A stretch of DNA of 64,000 bases. It comes from an uncultured Colwellia sp. (GTDB lineage: Bacteria; Pseudomonadota; Gammaproteobacteria; Enterobacterales; Alteromonadaceae). Numbering within the stretch: position 1 is the first letter of the stretch; every line of letters begins with the position of its first letter. The translations under genes were made by a program, and so were the position numbers. The notes below the pieces were generated by a model. That model was not told the DNA's origin and did no database searches. It saw nothing but the letters and a program-made list of their open reading frames with translations. The stretch spans positions 39,919 through 103,918 of the forward strand of contig CAJXWZ010000003.1 of assembly GCA_913062815.1 (NCBI GenBank), in the 5' to 3' direction. This document shows, one piece after another, positions 28,589 to 41,061 of this stretch.

Positions 28589-29500
28589 TTAAGATTGAAT
28601 GTAATCAAGTTGATTTAGATATTCATAGGTCTTTTCAAATTCTTTCCTAATATCAGAATCCTCTACATCAAGAATAATATTCTCATCTTTAAAAAGTTTA
28701 GATAAACTCAGCTTAATAAAATTCAATTTATTGCCATTAAGGCCAATTAACTTCCTTAAACCAGACGTTTTAATAACTAACTTTTCAATTGAAAGTGATA
28801 ATATATTATTCACTTTTGGTATTGATGGGTTGACAATTTTATTAAGCGGCTTGGATATGCCTTCGATTTGTAAAAAGTCAAACGTATGCTTATAAAAACA
28901 ATCAGGATCATTTTTATAAAGTCTATAATCTATAAGTAATAAGTTATCAGCGCTAATTAGTTGTTTTAACATTGGAATATATAGCTCATATGAATAGAGC
29001 AAATCATATCTAAAAAGAAACTTATTTCTACACCCTTCAGGAAAACAATCTCCATCATTTCTCCTTTGGATTAAACTTTTCCAACAATCACTAAACTTAT
29101 TCGAAATTTCTCTTTTTTCTTTATTTGCGTGCTTCATTCGTTGCAGAAACATAGATTTAACAGAAGATATTGGATCTCTTATAATAAGAACAAATTTAGC
29201 ATTTGGAGATAATGATAATATATTCTTGATGGATTTTTCACTATACATATTAAACACGCTACCATCTACTCGATATTTACTAGTGCGCGATGAATCAAAG
29301 TCATACAACTCTAGGTAACTATTTATTGACTTGTATTGATAATCAGCTTCATCGTCATAATAAGTAAAGGCATCAAAAAAACGCGGTTCTTTTATTTTTG
29401 GCACAAAGATTTCGTCTAATTGCGCTAAGCCATCGACAAATGCACTTGTACCAGACTTAGGAGCTCCAATAACAAACAAATTAGGGTTAATATTGTCCAT
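28589..29500 (-). CDS. PAPS-dependent sulfotransferase
   Basis: 303 aa; 5'-PSB IGAPKSGTSAF, KEPRFF, 3'-PB IIRDPISSVKS. Confidence 0.88.
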   Translation of the reverse strand: MDNINPNLFVIGAPKSGTSAFVDGLAQLDEIFVPKIKEPRFFDAFTYYDDEADYQYKSINSYLELYDFDSSRTSKYRVDGSVFNMYSEKSIKNILSLSPNAKFVLIIRDPISSVKSMFLQRMKHANKEKREISNKFSDCWKSLIQRRNDGDCFPEGCRNKFLFRYDLLYSYELYIPMLKQLISADNLLLIDYRLYKNDPDCFYKHTFDFLQIEGISKPLNKIVNPSIPKVNNILSLSIEKLVIKTSGLRKLIGLNGNKLNFIKLSLSKLFKDENIILDVEDSDIRKEFEKTYEYLNQLDYIQS

Positions 29501-29506
29501 TACTTA

Positions 29507-30757
29507 CTATTTCTTTCTAAACGCATGACTTATAAACCCAGTCTTATTGAAAACCATTATTGCTAAATATACATTCCAAAAACTCATGGACAATGTAGCT
29601 GCTATTGCTACACCAACTGCGCCGTATAGCTGAACCAGAGTAAGACATAAAATTAAATTAATGAAAATTGCTAAAAATAAACCTTTAACAACTACCTTTT
29701 CATTTCTTGTCATATTCAATATCAAAACCACAGACCCTAATGCAGCATTAACTAGGTTACCAAATAAAAGAATTTTAAAAGAACTTGTTGCTTGTAGATA
29801 TTCAGGGCCATAGAAAAATCCAATTAAATTAGATGCAAAAACAAAAAACACAATAAAAATACAACAGCCAACCAACAAAACCAACTGTGAACAGTTTGTT
29901 ATCATTTTCTGTATTTCAATCTTGTTGCCTTTAGAATATAACTTCGAAATTTTAGGACCCATCACAATATTGACAGCTGCAAGTCCAAAGGTTACTAATG
30001 CAGCAGAGGACATTGCCACTTTAAAGTAACTAACCTCATTCAAAGAAATCCCTCCTAGTACTATTATGCCCACCTGCCCATTTAAGACGTTTAGTCCTGA
30101 ATATAACGTTAAGGGTGCTAAACCTCGATACCAGTTATTTTTTTCAAAGCTTGCCGAGACATCTCGAATAAGAGGGGTAAACCTTCTATAAGTATAAAAG
30201 GAACCAACAATAATAGAAATTAATTGTGAGATAACAAATTCGTATACTACTAATTCTACACTTAGTGTTAAGTTAAAAGCAGTAGTTGACAGAACCAACA
30301 TGAAAAGCCATGTCAAAGTTGGAAATATTTCTAATAATTGGCCCGCGACTATATGTTCCTGACTCCTCAAAAATGCCGAATTTAATTTTACTATAGAAAA
30401 TACGGGGAGTAATAAAGCTATTAAAAAAAGCCATTCGACTTTTACAATGTATGAATAAAATATTAAGGCTAGTATGATTATAGAAATATAATACGAAACT
30501 AAATCACGTGTAGTAAAAAGTAAACCTTTCAACTTATCATATTGTAACAAGCCAGAGTACTTAGCGCCTTCACGTACAATCAGAGTTGGCATTCCTGCAG
30601 AAATAGGTATACTAACTAACGTAACAATAGATAAAATTATTACATATTCACCATAGAGTTGAACCCCTAATTCTCTTGCCAAAATAACACTAGTTAGTAT
30701 CATTACCAGCATATTAATGACGTGAAAAAAAGCACTTTTAAAAATCAGACGGAACAT
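29507..30757 (-). CDS. wzx: Wzx flippase
   Basis: 416 aa MOP-type membrane protein; LARELGVQLYGEY, YGAVGVAIA. Confidence 0.88.
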   Translation of the reverse strand: MFRLIFKSAFFHVINMLVMILTSVILARELGVQLYGEYVIILSIVTLVSIPISAGMPTLIVREGAKYSGLLQYDKLKGLLFTTRDLVSYYISIIILALIFYSYIVKVEWLFLIALLLPVFSIVKLNSAFLRSQEHIVAGQLLEIFPTLTWLFMLVLSTTAFNLTLSVELVVYEFVISQLISIIVGSFYTYRRFTPLIRDVSASFEKNNWYRGLAPLTLYSGLNVLNGQVGIIVLGGISLNEVSYFKVAMSSAALVTFGLAAVNIVMGPKISKLYSKGNKIEIQKMITNCSQLVLLVGCCIFIVFFVFASNLIGFFYGPEYLQATSSFKILLFGNLVNAALGSVVLILNMTRNEKVVVKGLFLAIFINLILCLTLVQLYGAVGVAIAATLSMSFWNVYLAIMVFNKTGFISHAFRKK

Positions 30758-31879
30758 TTACAAGTTTTGACTTATAGAATCAGTTGAAAATAAACTCTCA
30801 AAATACCCATGCATAGGCAAACTAAAAACTTGCTTACATAATTTTTCAGCTACAGGGAAATCCCCATCTTGATAACCTAAATTTGCATACACTGTTTGTT
30901 GATGCATACAAGTACCATAATAAATAACAGTTGGTATCCCCTGCTTTTTAAAGTCCGCCATAACTTTATCTCTATTATCGCTGAGTAAAGTGTATTGCGC
31001 CCAAGAACTTTCATAACCATGTGGAACTTGTGGTGTCATATATAGATTAGCTAAATTAGCTTCATAATTAACAGCGGCTTTATTACGATTAATTAATTCT
31101 CGTGGAAACTCTGCAAGCTTTTCAAGCAAAATAGCGGCTTGGATTGTATCTAAACGACTATTCATACCAATGCGAATATTATCATACTTATCACTGCCTT
31201 TACCGTGCACACGGTATGAACGTAATAACTTTGCATAGTCATCATTATTAGTAAACACAGCACCACCGTCACCATAACAACCTAACGGCTTAGCAGGGAA
31301 AAAGCTCGTGGTAGCGATATCACCAAAACTGCCTGCTTTTTTGGTAACACCATCAGAGTTAGTAATTGAACCACCAAAACCTTGAGCAGCATCTTCAATT
31401 AATTTCAAATTGTACTTTTTAGCGATAATCTCTAGTTCAGGGTAGTTGGCTGGTAGACCAAAAAGATCAACCGCAATGATTGCTTTAGGTGTTAACCTAC
31501 CTTCACTAATCGTCTTTTCAATTTGTTTTTCTAAATCGATTGGGCAAATATTAAATGTTTGTTCATTAGAATCGACAAACACAGGTGTAGCATTAGCAAA
31601 CGAAATAACTTCTGCAGAGGCGAAAAAGGTAAACGTAGGGCAGAAAACTGCATCGCCTTCTTTAATGTCAAGTACCATTAAACTTAGTGTAAGTGCATCG
31701 GTACCATTAGCACAGGTTACCACGTGCTTAACACCAATATAATTGGCTAGCGCTTGTTCCAACTCTAGTACTTCTGGTCCCATGATAAATTTACCATGGT
31801 TTAGAACATCGGCAATGCGCTTATCAATTTTTGTTTTCAGATGTTTATACTGTGCTTGAAGATCTATAAATTGCATCAC
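30758..31879 (-). CDS. wbpE: UDP-3-keto-GlcNAcA aminotransferase
   Basis: 373 aa; [40 protein letters not shown]. Confidence 0.85.
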   Translation of the reverse strand: MMQFIDLQAQYKHLKTKIDKRIADVLNHGKFIMGPEVLELEQALANYIGVKHVVTCANGTDALTLSLMVLDIKEGDAVFCPTFTFFASAEVISFANATPVFVDSNEQTFNICPIDLEKQIEKTISEGRLTPKAIIAVDLFGLPANYPELEIIAKKYNLKLIEDAAQGFGGSITNSDGVTKKAGSFGDIATTSFFPAKPLGCYGDGGAVFTNNDDYAKLLRSYRVHGKGSDKYDNIRIGMNSRLDTIQAAILLEKLAEFPRELINRNKAAVNYEANLANLYMTPQVPHGYESSWAQYTLLSDNRDKVMADFKKQGIPTVIYYGTCMHQQTVYANLGYQDGDFPVAEKLCKQVFSLPMHGYFESLFSTDSISQNL

Positions 31880-32466
31880 TTACTACCTAATACTTTTGTC
31901 AGAACATCGTCTTTTAATGTGTACTTATCACCCGTATGAGTACAAGTAACCCAACCCTCACCTTTTATAGGTAAATCAAGTTGCTCACCGTATTCGCTCA
32001 TCCAGCCTATTTGTTTAGCTGGAACACCTACCATGAGAGCATAAGGTTTAACGTCTTTATTTATTACTGCGCCAGCACCTATGAAAGCATACTCTCCGAG
32101 GGTGATACCGCATATAATAGTGCAATTAGCCCCCAAAGTTACCCCTTTTTTAACTAAGGTATTACGATATTCGTCTTTGCGTTCAACGCCTGAACGAGGA
32201 TTATAAACATTGGTGAAAACCATACTAGGTCCACAGAAAACTTCTGCTTCTAAATGGACATTGTCATAGACTGAAACATTGTTTTGGATTTTACATTTGT
32301 CGCCAATAGTCACTTTATTGCCAACAAATACATTTTGTCCTAGCGAAACGCCACTCCCTATTTGTGCATCTGAACAAACATGGGCAAAATGCCAAACTCT
32401 TGAATCAGAGCCAATACTAGCGCCTTCATCAACAATTGCACTTTCATGTTTGTAATAATCAGCCAT
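31876..32466 (-). CDS. wbpD: 3-N-acetyltransferase, hexapeptide-repeat
   Basis: 196 aa; [35 protein letters not shown]. Confidence 0.88.
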   Translation of the reverse strand: MADYYKHESAIVDEGASIGSDSRVWHFAHVCSDAQIGSGVSLGQNVFVGNKVTIGDKCKIQNNVSVYDNVHLEAEVFCGPSMVFTNVYNPRSGVERKDEYRNTLVKKGVTLGANCTIICGITLGEYAFIGAGAVINKDVKPYALMVGVPAKQIGWMSEYGEQLDLPIKGEGWVTCTHTGDKYTLKDDVLTKVLGSK

Positions 32467-32491
32467 GGGATTTCCTGTTTCTATTATATTG

Positions 32492-33487
<996 letters not shown>

Positions 33488-33501
33488 TCAAATTTCGACG
33501 C

Positions 33502-33530
33502 ATTATACCCAAATTTAATGTCAATATCAG
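33502..33530 (-). promoter_or_regulatory. Candidate internal sigma70 promoter for wbpB and downstream genes
   Basis: CTGATA, 17 nt, TATAAT, then GCGTCG, in a ~400-bp intergenic gap. Confidence 0.45.
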
Positions 33531-33853
33531 TAATTTTGCATCTCATATACATAAACATTTCTGAGAGTTAAGCTGGTTTACTGCATAAAATTGTCGAGTG
33601 ATTAGGACTACTTAAAAAATAACTTTATTCCTTCATAAGCAACACCAGTACTACATCATAAAATTAGCAGGACAAGAAACCATAATCATTTAAGACTGTG
33701 AATAAACTGGTATCTGAGGAGTATTATATTAAAGAAATCCATCAATTACTTTCTGTCAAATCAGTAAATAAGATTGACCCTATTTTAAAACAGTAGAAAG
33801 GATCAAATACCTTTTAGATAAAATATAGAGACTTCACTTCAATATGAAGTTAC

Positions 33854-34942
33854 TTATTTAACGTTCTCAGAGATATTAATTGACTTTTTATGGGAATAAT
33901 AACGAGTCAAAGTGATCAATACTGACAAGAAAAAACCTAATACGGTTCCTAAGATTACTATTAAAGCACGATTTGGTTTGGCTTTTTCATCTGGTACTTG
34001 AGCAGAGTCAATTGTTTTTAAAACATATTCTGACTTAACCTGAGTTAACATCATGTTTTTGGTTTGTTCTTCAATGAGTTGATAAAACACTGTTTCCATC
34101 GTTGTAACTTGAATATTTTCGAGTTGATTTGTTAGGTAATCAATAGAGTCTTTCGCTTCTTTTTGATCTTGCTCACGCATAAACTCATTAATGTCAGCTA
34201 TTAAAAATTTCAACCACGCTTTTGCCAAAACAGGTGAAAAATACTCTATCTCAATTGTCACTATGCCTGTAGTTTTGTCTTGATTGATAGTAAGTAACTT
34301 AGAAAATTCAGAAAATGCTTCCCAAGAAGAAGGGGAAACTTTCTTAGGTGGCTTAACGTCTCTTATCCATTCATTTGCAGTTTGATCATAGAGCTCATCA
34401 TCCAATATTAATGTATCGGAAATCATATCCCAATTTTTAGCCGCCATAATAGGCACTAATAAATTATGTTTCTCTATGAAATTTTCGATAAATGAGCGTG
34501 ATTTGATCGTTTCTAAGGCAATTGCTGTTTTATCACCGCCGCTACCACCTAAATTAATACCGGCCATACTAGCTAAGCCACCAAACTGCCCTGCTAATGA
34601 AGCTAATCCACCAGCACTTCCTTCGCTTGATACGGGAGCTAATATTGCAGATGCTTTGTAAATATTAGGTTTGGATAACGCAAAGAAGATCGAAAGTGCA
34701 GCAAACAAAAAACTAATAGCTATAACAGTCAATTTTCCCGCCCAAACAGTACGAAAAATCTCATTAAAATCAACATCTTCACTTTGAGGTTGATTTTGTT
34801 GCATTTGAGATAGTAACAGTTGCTGTTGTAGTATTATCGAAGTAGCATCATTCGATTCTACTTTATCAGAAGAGTATTGCTCTTGTTTATGAATACCTCT
34901 TAGTTTACTACTCGCTACATTGTTTTCTATGTTATCTGACAC
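33854..34942 (-). CDS. wzz: Wzz chain-length regulator (polysaccharide co-polymerase, no kinase domain)
   Basis: 362 aa; two TMs, PNIYKASAIL, GGLASMAGINLG, PDEKAKPNRALIVILG. Confidence 0.9.
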   Translation of the reverse strand: MSDNIENNVASSKLRGIHKQEQYSSDKVESNDATSIILQQQLLLSQMQQNQPQSEDVDFNEIFRTVWAGKLTVIAISFLFAALSIFFALSKPNIYKASAILAPVSSEGSAGGLASLAGQFGGLASMAGINLGGSGGDKTAIALETIKSRSFIENFIEKHNLLVPIMAAKNWDMISDTLILDDELYDQTANEWIRDVKPPKKVSPSSWEAFSEFSKLLTINQDKTTGIVTIEIEYFSPVLAKAWLKFLIADINEFMREQDQKEAKDSIDYLTNQLENIQVTTMETVFYQLIEEQTKNMMLTQVKSEYVLKTIDSAQVPDEKAKPNRALIVILGTVLGFFLSVLITLTRYYSHKKSINISENVK

Positions 34943-35013
34943 TTATTTAATACACCAATCCAAGTCTTAAATAGCATATTGAACGCACTATTCAGCTCAA
35001 TATAAGTGGCGCC

Positions 35014-35043
35014 ATTATAGAAGAGATACCTTAATGATGTAAA
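35014..35043 (-). promoter_or_regulatory. Candidate promoter for wzz
   Basis: TTTACA, 18 nt, TATAAT, then GGCGCC. Confidence 0.45.
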
Positions 35044-35080
35044 GAAGTGAATTATAAGCCTTAAGGTTAAAGGTATTAAA

Positions 35081-35764
35081 CTATATATTTTTTTTGAATA
35101 ACCTTAATAAGATAAAAAGAAAGAGTAAAAAGCTGCTTGGCTCGTTTACAGGGGTTAGATTAAGATTATTACCAACAAAACTTTGTCTCACGTTAGCAGC
35201 ACCAAAACTGCTAGGTTGAGACTCTCCCCAGATAAAATCGCTATATAACTTCCCATGACCAGTCAACTGCAATGAATCACCTACTGAAGTTGTTGGTCCT
35301 TGAAATACTCCAATATCAGTACTAACAACACCTTCAGCTATTCCTGAAGTTGCCGTAAAAACACCTTCATAAGATAAAAATTGAATGATATTCAAGCCAT
35401 CAAAAAGTACCACTCCATCTGGAGAACCGTTTTGTAAGCCTGTGACTTTAATTGGTAGAATGCCAAAACCACTGATAGGTTCTATGTACAGCCAACTATG
35501 CAGAGAAAATGATTTGTACTCCTCTCCATTTGAACCATTATATAAATGCAAGGACCAACCAAGTAAATCGATACTGCCATCTCCTGCTATTTCAATAAAT
35601 TCATTTACATCTAAACCAATATTGTCATAGTGTATTTCATTGATAAAAGCATTTGAGATAGGTTTTGCTTCTACTAGTATTGGAGCAAACAGATACACAA
35701 ATATTCCAAGAAAAATAATGAAAACTATTGCGTGATATAAACGAGAAAACCATTTGAATAGCAT
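35081..35764 (-). CDS. Lamin-tail-like domain protein with variant PEP-CTERM tail
   Basis: 227 aa; N-terminal signal/TM; FINEIHYDN...EFIEIAG...WSLHLYNGSNG; C-terminal VNEPSS + hydrophobic stretch + RLFKK. Confidence 0.68.
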   Translation of the reverse strand: MLFKWFSRLYHAIVFIIFLGIFVYLFAPILVEAKPISNAFINEIHYDNIGLDVNEFIEIAGDGSIDLLGWSLHLYNGSNGEEYKSFSLHSWLYIEPISGFGILPIKVTGLQNGSPDGVVLFDGLNIIQFLSYEGVFTATSGIAEGVVSTDIGVFQGPTTSVGDSLQLTGHGKLYSDFIWGESQPSSFGAANVRQSFVGNNLNLTPVNEPSSFLLFLFILLRLFKKNI

Positions 35765-35921
35765 AACCAGTCCCTTTTATAGAATAACAATCACTTCAAT
35801 GTGATTATACGATATAAGAAAGGATAGTAGAGGATATTGAAAATGCTACTTTTTTTTATAAAAAAAAACCATACCGCATTAAAAGCATACGATACAGTTT
35901 CTGAATAATTATTCAATAATA

Positions 35922-36944
35922 TTATGACATGAAATTGATATACCAAGGCATAGCCTTATCGATACCTTGTTGTATTCTAAATTCTGGCTCAAAACCGATC
36001 ATAGATTTTGCTTTTGAAATATCAGCTTGAGAATGACGGACGTCGCCTACCCTAAAGTCACCGTATGTTGGCGATTTTTGATAATCAACTCCATTACTTT
36101 GCAATGCTCTTTTTATGCTATCAAATAGTGTGTTTAATGTAGTTCTATCTCCTAAAGCTACATTATAAATTTGATTTTTTCCCTCTTGCTCTGCTGTAGC
36201 GGCTAGAATATTAGCTTGCACTGCATTCTCAACAAAACAAAAATCTCGACTAGTTTCACCATCGCCATTAATTAAAACGTCTTGGTTTTCTATCATTGCT
36301 GCTGTCCATTTAGGAATAACAGCTGCATAAGCACCATCGGGGTCTTGTCTTTTCCCAAAAACATTAAAATAACGTAATCCGGTAGCATTCAGACCATAAG
36401 TTTTATGGAAAACATCGGCGTATAACTCATTTACATACTTAGTTACAGCATAGGGAGATAAAGGCTTGCCAATAGTATCTTCTACTTTTGGCAGTGCTGG
36501 GTGATCGCCATAAGTAGAGCTAGAAGCCGCATAGACAAAACTAGAAACTTGAGCATCTTTTGCTGCTACTAACATATTCAAAAAACCAGTGATATTAGCC
36601 GAGTTGGTCAATATTGGATCAGCTATAGAACGGGGAACAGAGCCTAAAGCAGCTTGGTGTAATATGTAATCAACACCACCCACTGCCTTTGTGCAATCTT
36701 CGATATTTCTTATATCGCCTTCTAAGAAGCTAAAATTGCTCCATTGTTCTATAGAAACCTGTTGTTGAACTTCATCTAAGTTATGTTGATGGCCAGTAGC
36801 AAAGTTATCTAGCCCAATCACTTTTTGCTCTAATAATAATAAAGTTTCTAATAAATTAGACCCTATAAAGCCCGCACACCCTGTAACTAGCCATGTTTTT
36901 GGCGAATTTGTTAATTCTATTTTGATTTCTTCATATCTAGACAT
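35922..36944 (-). CDS. wbpP: UDP-GlcNAc(A) 4-epimerase, WbpP/TviC family
   Basis: 340 aa; [33 protein letters not shown]. Confidence 0.88.
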   Translation of the reverse strand: MSRYEEIKIELTNSPKTWLVTGCAGFIGSNLLETLLLLEQKVIGLDNFATGHQHNLDEVQQQVSIEQWSNFSFLEGDIRNIEDCTKAVGGVDYILHQAALGSVPRSIADPILTNSANITGFLNMLVAAKDAQVSSFVYAASSSTYGDHPALPKVEDTIGKPLSPYAVTKYVNELYADVFHKTYGLNATGLRYFNVFGKRQDPDGAYAAVIPKWTAAMIENQDVLINGDGETSRDFCFVENAVQANILAATAEQEGKNQIYNVALGDRTTLNTLFDSIKRALQSNGVDYQKSPTYGDFRVGDVRHSQADISKAKSMIGFEPEFRIQQGIDKAMPWYINFMS

Positions 36945-36968
36945 TGTTTCTTACCTGTTTTCAACGAA

Positions 36969-38249
36969 TTATAAGCGGATGTCGGCTAAGTCAGAGTCAA
37001 GCATGTATTTCAAATCATAAATAACATGTTCAGGTTTCATTAATCCTTTTATGTCACTATTAGATAACGCCTTAAATTCATCATGCGCAACTGCAAATAT
37101 AACAGCGTCATAATATTTGCTGTTTGGCTTATCAATTAAATCAACATTATACTCATGTTTAGCTTCTTCAGGATTAACCCAAGGGTCATATACGTCAACA
37201 TTAGTATTATATTCGGCCAGCTCCGCTAAAATATCTACAATTTTAGTATTACGGACATCAGGGCAATTCTCTTTGAAGGTTAACCCCATGACCAAAACAT
37301 TAGCAGCATTTACTGATATGTTTCGTTTAATCATGGTTTTTACCAGCTGTGATACGACATAAGATCCCATGCCATCATTAATACGGCGACCAGCTAAAAT
37401 AACTTCAGGATTATAACCTATGGACTGTGCTTTATGAGTTAAATAATAAGGATCAACACCGATACAATGACCACCAACTAAACCGGGACGAAATGGTAAG
37501 AAATTCCACTTGGTTCCTGCAGCTTTTAACACTTCTTCTGTATCAATATTCAATTTATTAAAAATAACTGCTAACTCATTAATTAATGCTATGTTTAAAT
37601 CGCGTTGAGTATTTTCAATTACTTTGGCCGCTTCTGCAACTTGAATACTGGACGCCTTATAAGTTCCAGCCGTAATAATTGAGCCATATAGAGAATCAAT
37701 AAAATCAGCAATTTCTTCATTCGAACCAGAGGTAACTTTCAAAATATTAGTCACTCGATGCTCTTTATCGCCAGGATTAATTCGTTCTGGTGAATAGCCT
37801 GCAAAGAAATCTTTATTAAAAACTAAATCTGAATTTTTTTCTATCTGAGGAATGCATACTTCTTCTGTTGCTCCTGGATAAACAGTTGACTCGTAAATAA
37901 CAATATCACCCTGTTTAATCACTTTAGCTAACATTTGGCTAGCTTTTACTAACGGAGTTAGGTCAGGTTGCTTATGTTCATCAATAGGTGTTGGTACAGT
38001 AACAATGTATACATTGCATTGTCTAAGAGACTCAATATCGCAAGAATATGAAATGTAGGCTGAATCTGATAATTCTTCACTAGAAACCTCTAAAGTGAAA
38101 TCATGGCCTTGCTTTAATTCATCTACACGCTTAGTGTTAATATCAAAACCTAAGGTTGGATATTTTTTACCGAACTCTACTGCTAAAGGTAAGCCTACAT
38201 ATCCCAATCCAATGACAGCTATATTAACTTCACTTAATGTGTGCAACAT
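36969..38249 (-). CDS. tviB: UDP-GlcNAc 6-dehydrogenase, TviB/WbpO family
   Basis: 426 aa; [39 protein letters not shown]. Confidence 0.88.
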   Translation of the reverse strand: MLHTLSEVNIAVIGLGYVGLPLAVEFGKKYPTLGFDINTKRVDELKQGHDFTLEVSSEELSDSAYISYSCDIESLRQCNVYIVTVPTPIDEHKQPDLTPLVKASQMLAKVIKQGDIVIYESTVYPGATEEVCIPQIEKNSDLVFNKDFFAGYSPERINPGDKEHRVTNILKVTSGSNEEIADFIDSLYGSIITAGTYKASSIQVAEAAKVIENTQRDLNIALINELAVIFNKLNIDTEEVLKAAGTKWNFLPFRPGLVGGHCIGVDPYYLTHKAQSIGYNPEVILAGRRINDGMGSYVVSQLVKTMIKRNISVNAANVLVMGLTFKENCPDVRNTKIVDILAELAEYNTNVDVYDPWVNPEEAKHEYNVDLIDKPNSKYYDAVIFAVAHDEFKALSNSDIKGLMKPEHVIYDLKYMLDSDLADIRL

Positions 38250-38334
38250 ACAATTCCTTCCATTTATTACTTTTTAATGTGCATTTCGAAGATGTTATTT
38301 CAATATCATTTCAACATGCATAATGCGTTCTTTA

Positions 38335-41061
38335 TTAAATACCACTAATAGCAGCAATTGCTACTGCAGTGTTATACATAATTGTTGTAGCACTTGTCCA
38401 TAAGCTAATATTTTCCATATATTCAGTATCAAGCGGTACAACGATGGTATCACCTGGTTTCATATTGTTATCTATCTCACTAGAAAACCAATTACCACTT
38501 TGCATCAATTTAATACTACCGTTTGCTGATATGATGTAAATTCTCTCATCATCTGCTCGTTTTTTACTACCACCACTCTGTGCTAAATAATCTTTTGGAG
38601 TTAAGTTTTCATCATAAATATGTGAAGATGATACTTGCACTTGACCAATGACATTCACTGAGTTTTTTATCGTTGGCACATAAAGTACATCACCTGATTC
38701 CAACAGCACATCATAGTTATTATTCTCAACGACTTTTGGAAGCTTTAATACTAATCGTCCTATTGCCTTCAATTCAGATAGATCTTTTAGCATTTTCTGA
38801 ACATCTGCATAAGGTTGAGAAAAACTTTTATCAGAAAGTGACTTAGAAGCCATCTCAACACGTAAATCATTCGCTAACTTAATTATGTTTTCTTGCTCCA
38901 ACTGCCTTAGTTTGATTCGTGTAAAAACAGAGCCTTCTTGATGAGCATATTCGGTAAAACCTCCTGCTTTTTCAATTAAACTAGAAAGGGATTCACCACG
39001 ACGAATTGTATACTTCCCTGGAAAGACAAATTCTCCACGTAGCTCTACTACATTATTTTCGCTCCAAGCAGGAATTGTATGAATATTTAATCTATCTTTA
39101 CTTTTCAATATTAAATTCGCCTCTTCATCTCCCTGTAAAGCCGCATCTAATTCAATAGAGATAGATTCTTTTGATAACCTATCTTTGTCCACCCGATTTC
39201 GAGTGACTTCTGCTCGAGCTAAATATGCTGACTCATTTAAACCACCAGCCGCGATAACTAAATCACTTACCTTACCGTTTTTTGGTAAAGGGTATATACC
39301 AGGGATTTTAACTGAACCATCAATTTCAACCAACTGAATAGGACGACCAACCGAACCTTGACGTTTTAACTTTTGGATTACAGATAGTAAAAGCCTTTGA
39401 CGAGAAAACACTTCAAATTTAGTTAAATCAATAAATTCACTTTTTTGCTCCTCTGGCATGCCATCAATAGACATTCTAACTATCGCAGCTTTATTGAGAC
39501 CTTCTAAATGCTTCAGCTTTTCTTCATCTCCATACTCTAACCAAAATTGCTTGCTTTCATATTCTTCTTTAGCAAGTTGTTTTTCTTTAACTGTTAACTC
39601 TTCTTGAGTAAATGCTAACGTATCTAGCGCTACATTATTTTCATTTAATTCTTCCTGTAAAGAAAAAATCAACACCCTATCTTTAGCTTGTAATATAACA
39701 TTATCTTCTGATTCTGGTGATGATATAGCTTTTGCTAACGAGAATTGTAGCACTTCAATATTACGAGCAATATCAACCTCTCGAATAACCAAGCTATAAT
39801 ATAAATCTGCATCGTTTAATAAATGGGAGTTGACGTCTGGTAATAAATCAGTAACTTTTTGCCCTTGCAACCATTGATATTTTCCTGGCCGAGTGATAGC
39901 GCCAATTAATGTCACTGACTCTGAAAACTTATCTGCTGTTTTCATTACTTTTATAACATCTCCAGCATTCACTTTTGCTGATAGTTGCTTGGAATCGGAG
40001 AAATCTACATTAACGACGCTACGTAAGTTGTTTTGATTAAAACGTTGAACAATAATCGACTTTGCGTATGCACTAGGTAACAAACCTCCGGCCATTTTCG
40101 ATACATCCGCGAAATCATCGCCATCTTTGAGCTCATATATAGCTGGTCTGCGTACTTCGCCATCAATTGAAACTGTTCGACCAACTGAAGAAATAAAAAC
40201 TACATCACCTGATTGTAATAAAACATCATCACTTGAATCACCACTAATAAGCAGTTCATATAAATCTAATGATTTTATTAACTTACCAGATCGCTTTAAT
40301 TGTATGTTACGCAAGCTACCAATATCACTAATGCCTCCAGCGGCAAAAATTGCATGGGTTATACTTGAAAGAGAGCTTAAATTATAAGGCCCTGGTTTAT
40401 ATGCATCCCCCAAAACAAACACACGCATCGAACGTAGCGATGCCATACCGATAACAACATCAACACCTAATATTTTTTCTTTAATTTTAGCCGTAAGTAG
40501 GCTCTTCATTTCAGTGAAAGATAAACCTGATACAGTAAAAGGCCCATGCTGTGGGAAAACAATTTGTCCTTCTCTATTAATTTCTAATTCCAAATCGTTA
40601 CTTTCTTTACCAAAAATTTGAATCGAAATTCTATCTCCTGGTGCCACCATATAATCAGAAGGGATAGCAATATCCATGGTTGGGGCAAAAGTTTGTGGTG
40701 AATTAGCAAAAATATCATAACCAAAAGGCTTTAGTTCTTTTACTTGCTTAAATTCATCCTCTTCTTTTTGAACATTTTCTTGAATTGGGTTTCCTAGCTC
40801 ATCAAACTGAGTGCCTCGGGGGTAATTGATGGCGTTTTCTTGAGACAGTTCTGCTGGGTTAGTACTATTTGAAAGCCGTCCATTAAGGGCATTAATATCA
40901 ACACCCATACTTTTCGCTAAAGCTTGCTGTTGAGAAGGAGGTAAATTTTTGAATTGCTCTATTTGAGCTTGACTAACTTGTGCAGCAAAACTTAAATAAG
41001 GGAAGGCAAGTAAAACAATTGTTAAAAAAGCTAGAGTGATTTTTTTAATAAAAATGATCAT
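38335..41061 (-). CDS. Large polysaccharide export protein with tandem SLBB domains (OtnA/WbfF/KpsD-like)
   Basis: 908 aa; signal peptide, KPFGYDIF, YMVAPGD, repeated SLBB units (GEVRRPAIYEL, GSVKIPGIYPL, GEFVFPGKYTI). Confidence 0.88.
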   Translation of the reverse strand: MIIFIKKITLAFLTIVLLAFPYLSFAAQVSQAQIEQFKNLPPSQQQALAKSMGVDINALNGRLSNSTNPAELSQENAINYPRGTQFDELGNPIQENVQKEEDEFKQVKELKPFGYDIFANSPQTFAPTMDIAIPSDYMVAPGDRISIQIFGKESNDLELEINREGQIVFPQHGPFTVSGLSFTEMKSLLTAKIKEKILGVDVVIGMASLRSMRVFVLGDAYKPGPYNLSSLSSITHAIFAAGGISDIGSLRNIQLKRSGKLIKSLDLYELLISGDSSDDVLLQSGDVVFISSVGRTVSIDGEVRRPAIYELKDGDDFADVSKMAGGLLPSAYAKSIIVQRFNQNNLRSVVNVDFSDSKQLSAKVNAGDVIKVMKTADKFSESVTLIGAITRPGKYQWLQGQKVTDLLPDVNSHLLNDADLYYSLVIREVDIARNIEVLQFSLAKAISSPESEDNVILQAKDRVLIFSLQEELNENNVALDTLAFTQEELTVKEKQLAKEEYESKQFWLEYGDEEKLKHLEGLNKAAIVRMSIDGMPEEQKSEFIDLTKFEVFSRQRLLLSVIQKLKRQGSVGRPIQLVEIDGSVKIPGIYPLPKNGKVSDLVIAAGGLNESAYLARAEVTRNRVDKDRLSKESISIELDAALQGDEEANLILKSKDRLNIHTIPAWSENNVVELRGEFVFPGKYTIRRGESLSSLIEKAGGFTEYAHQEGSVFTRIKLRQLEQENIIKLANDLRVEMASKSLSDKSFSQPYADVQKMLKDLSELKAIGRLVLKLPKVVENNNYDVLLESGDVLYVPTIKNSVNVIGQVQVSSSHIYDENLTPKDYLAQSGGSKKRADDERIYIISANGSIKLMQSGNWFSSEIDNNMKPGDTIVVPLDTEYMENISLWTSATTIMYNTAVAIAAISGI

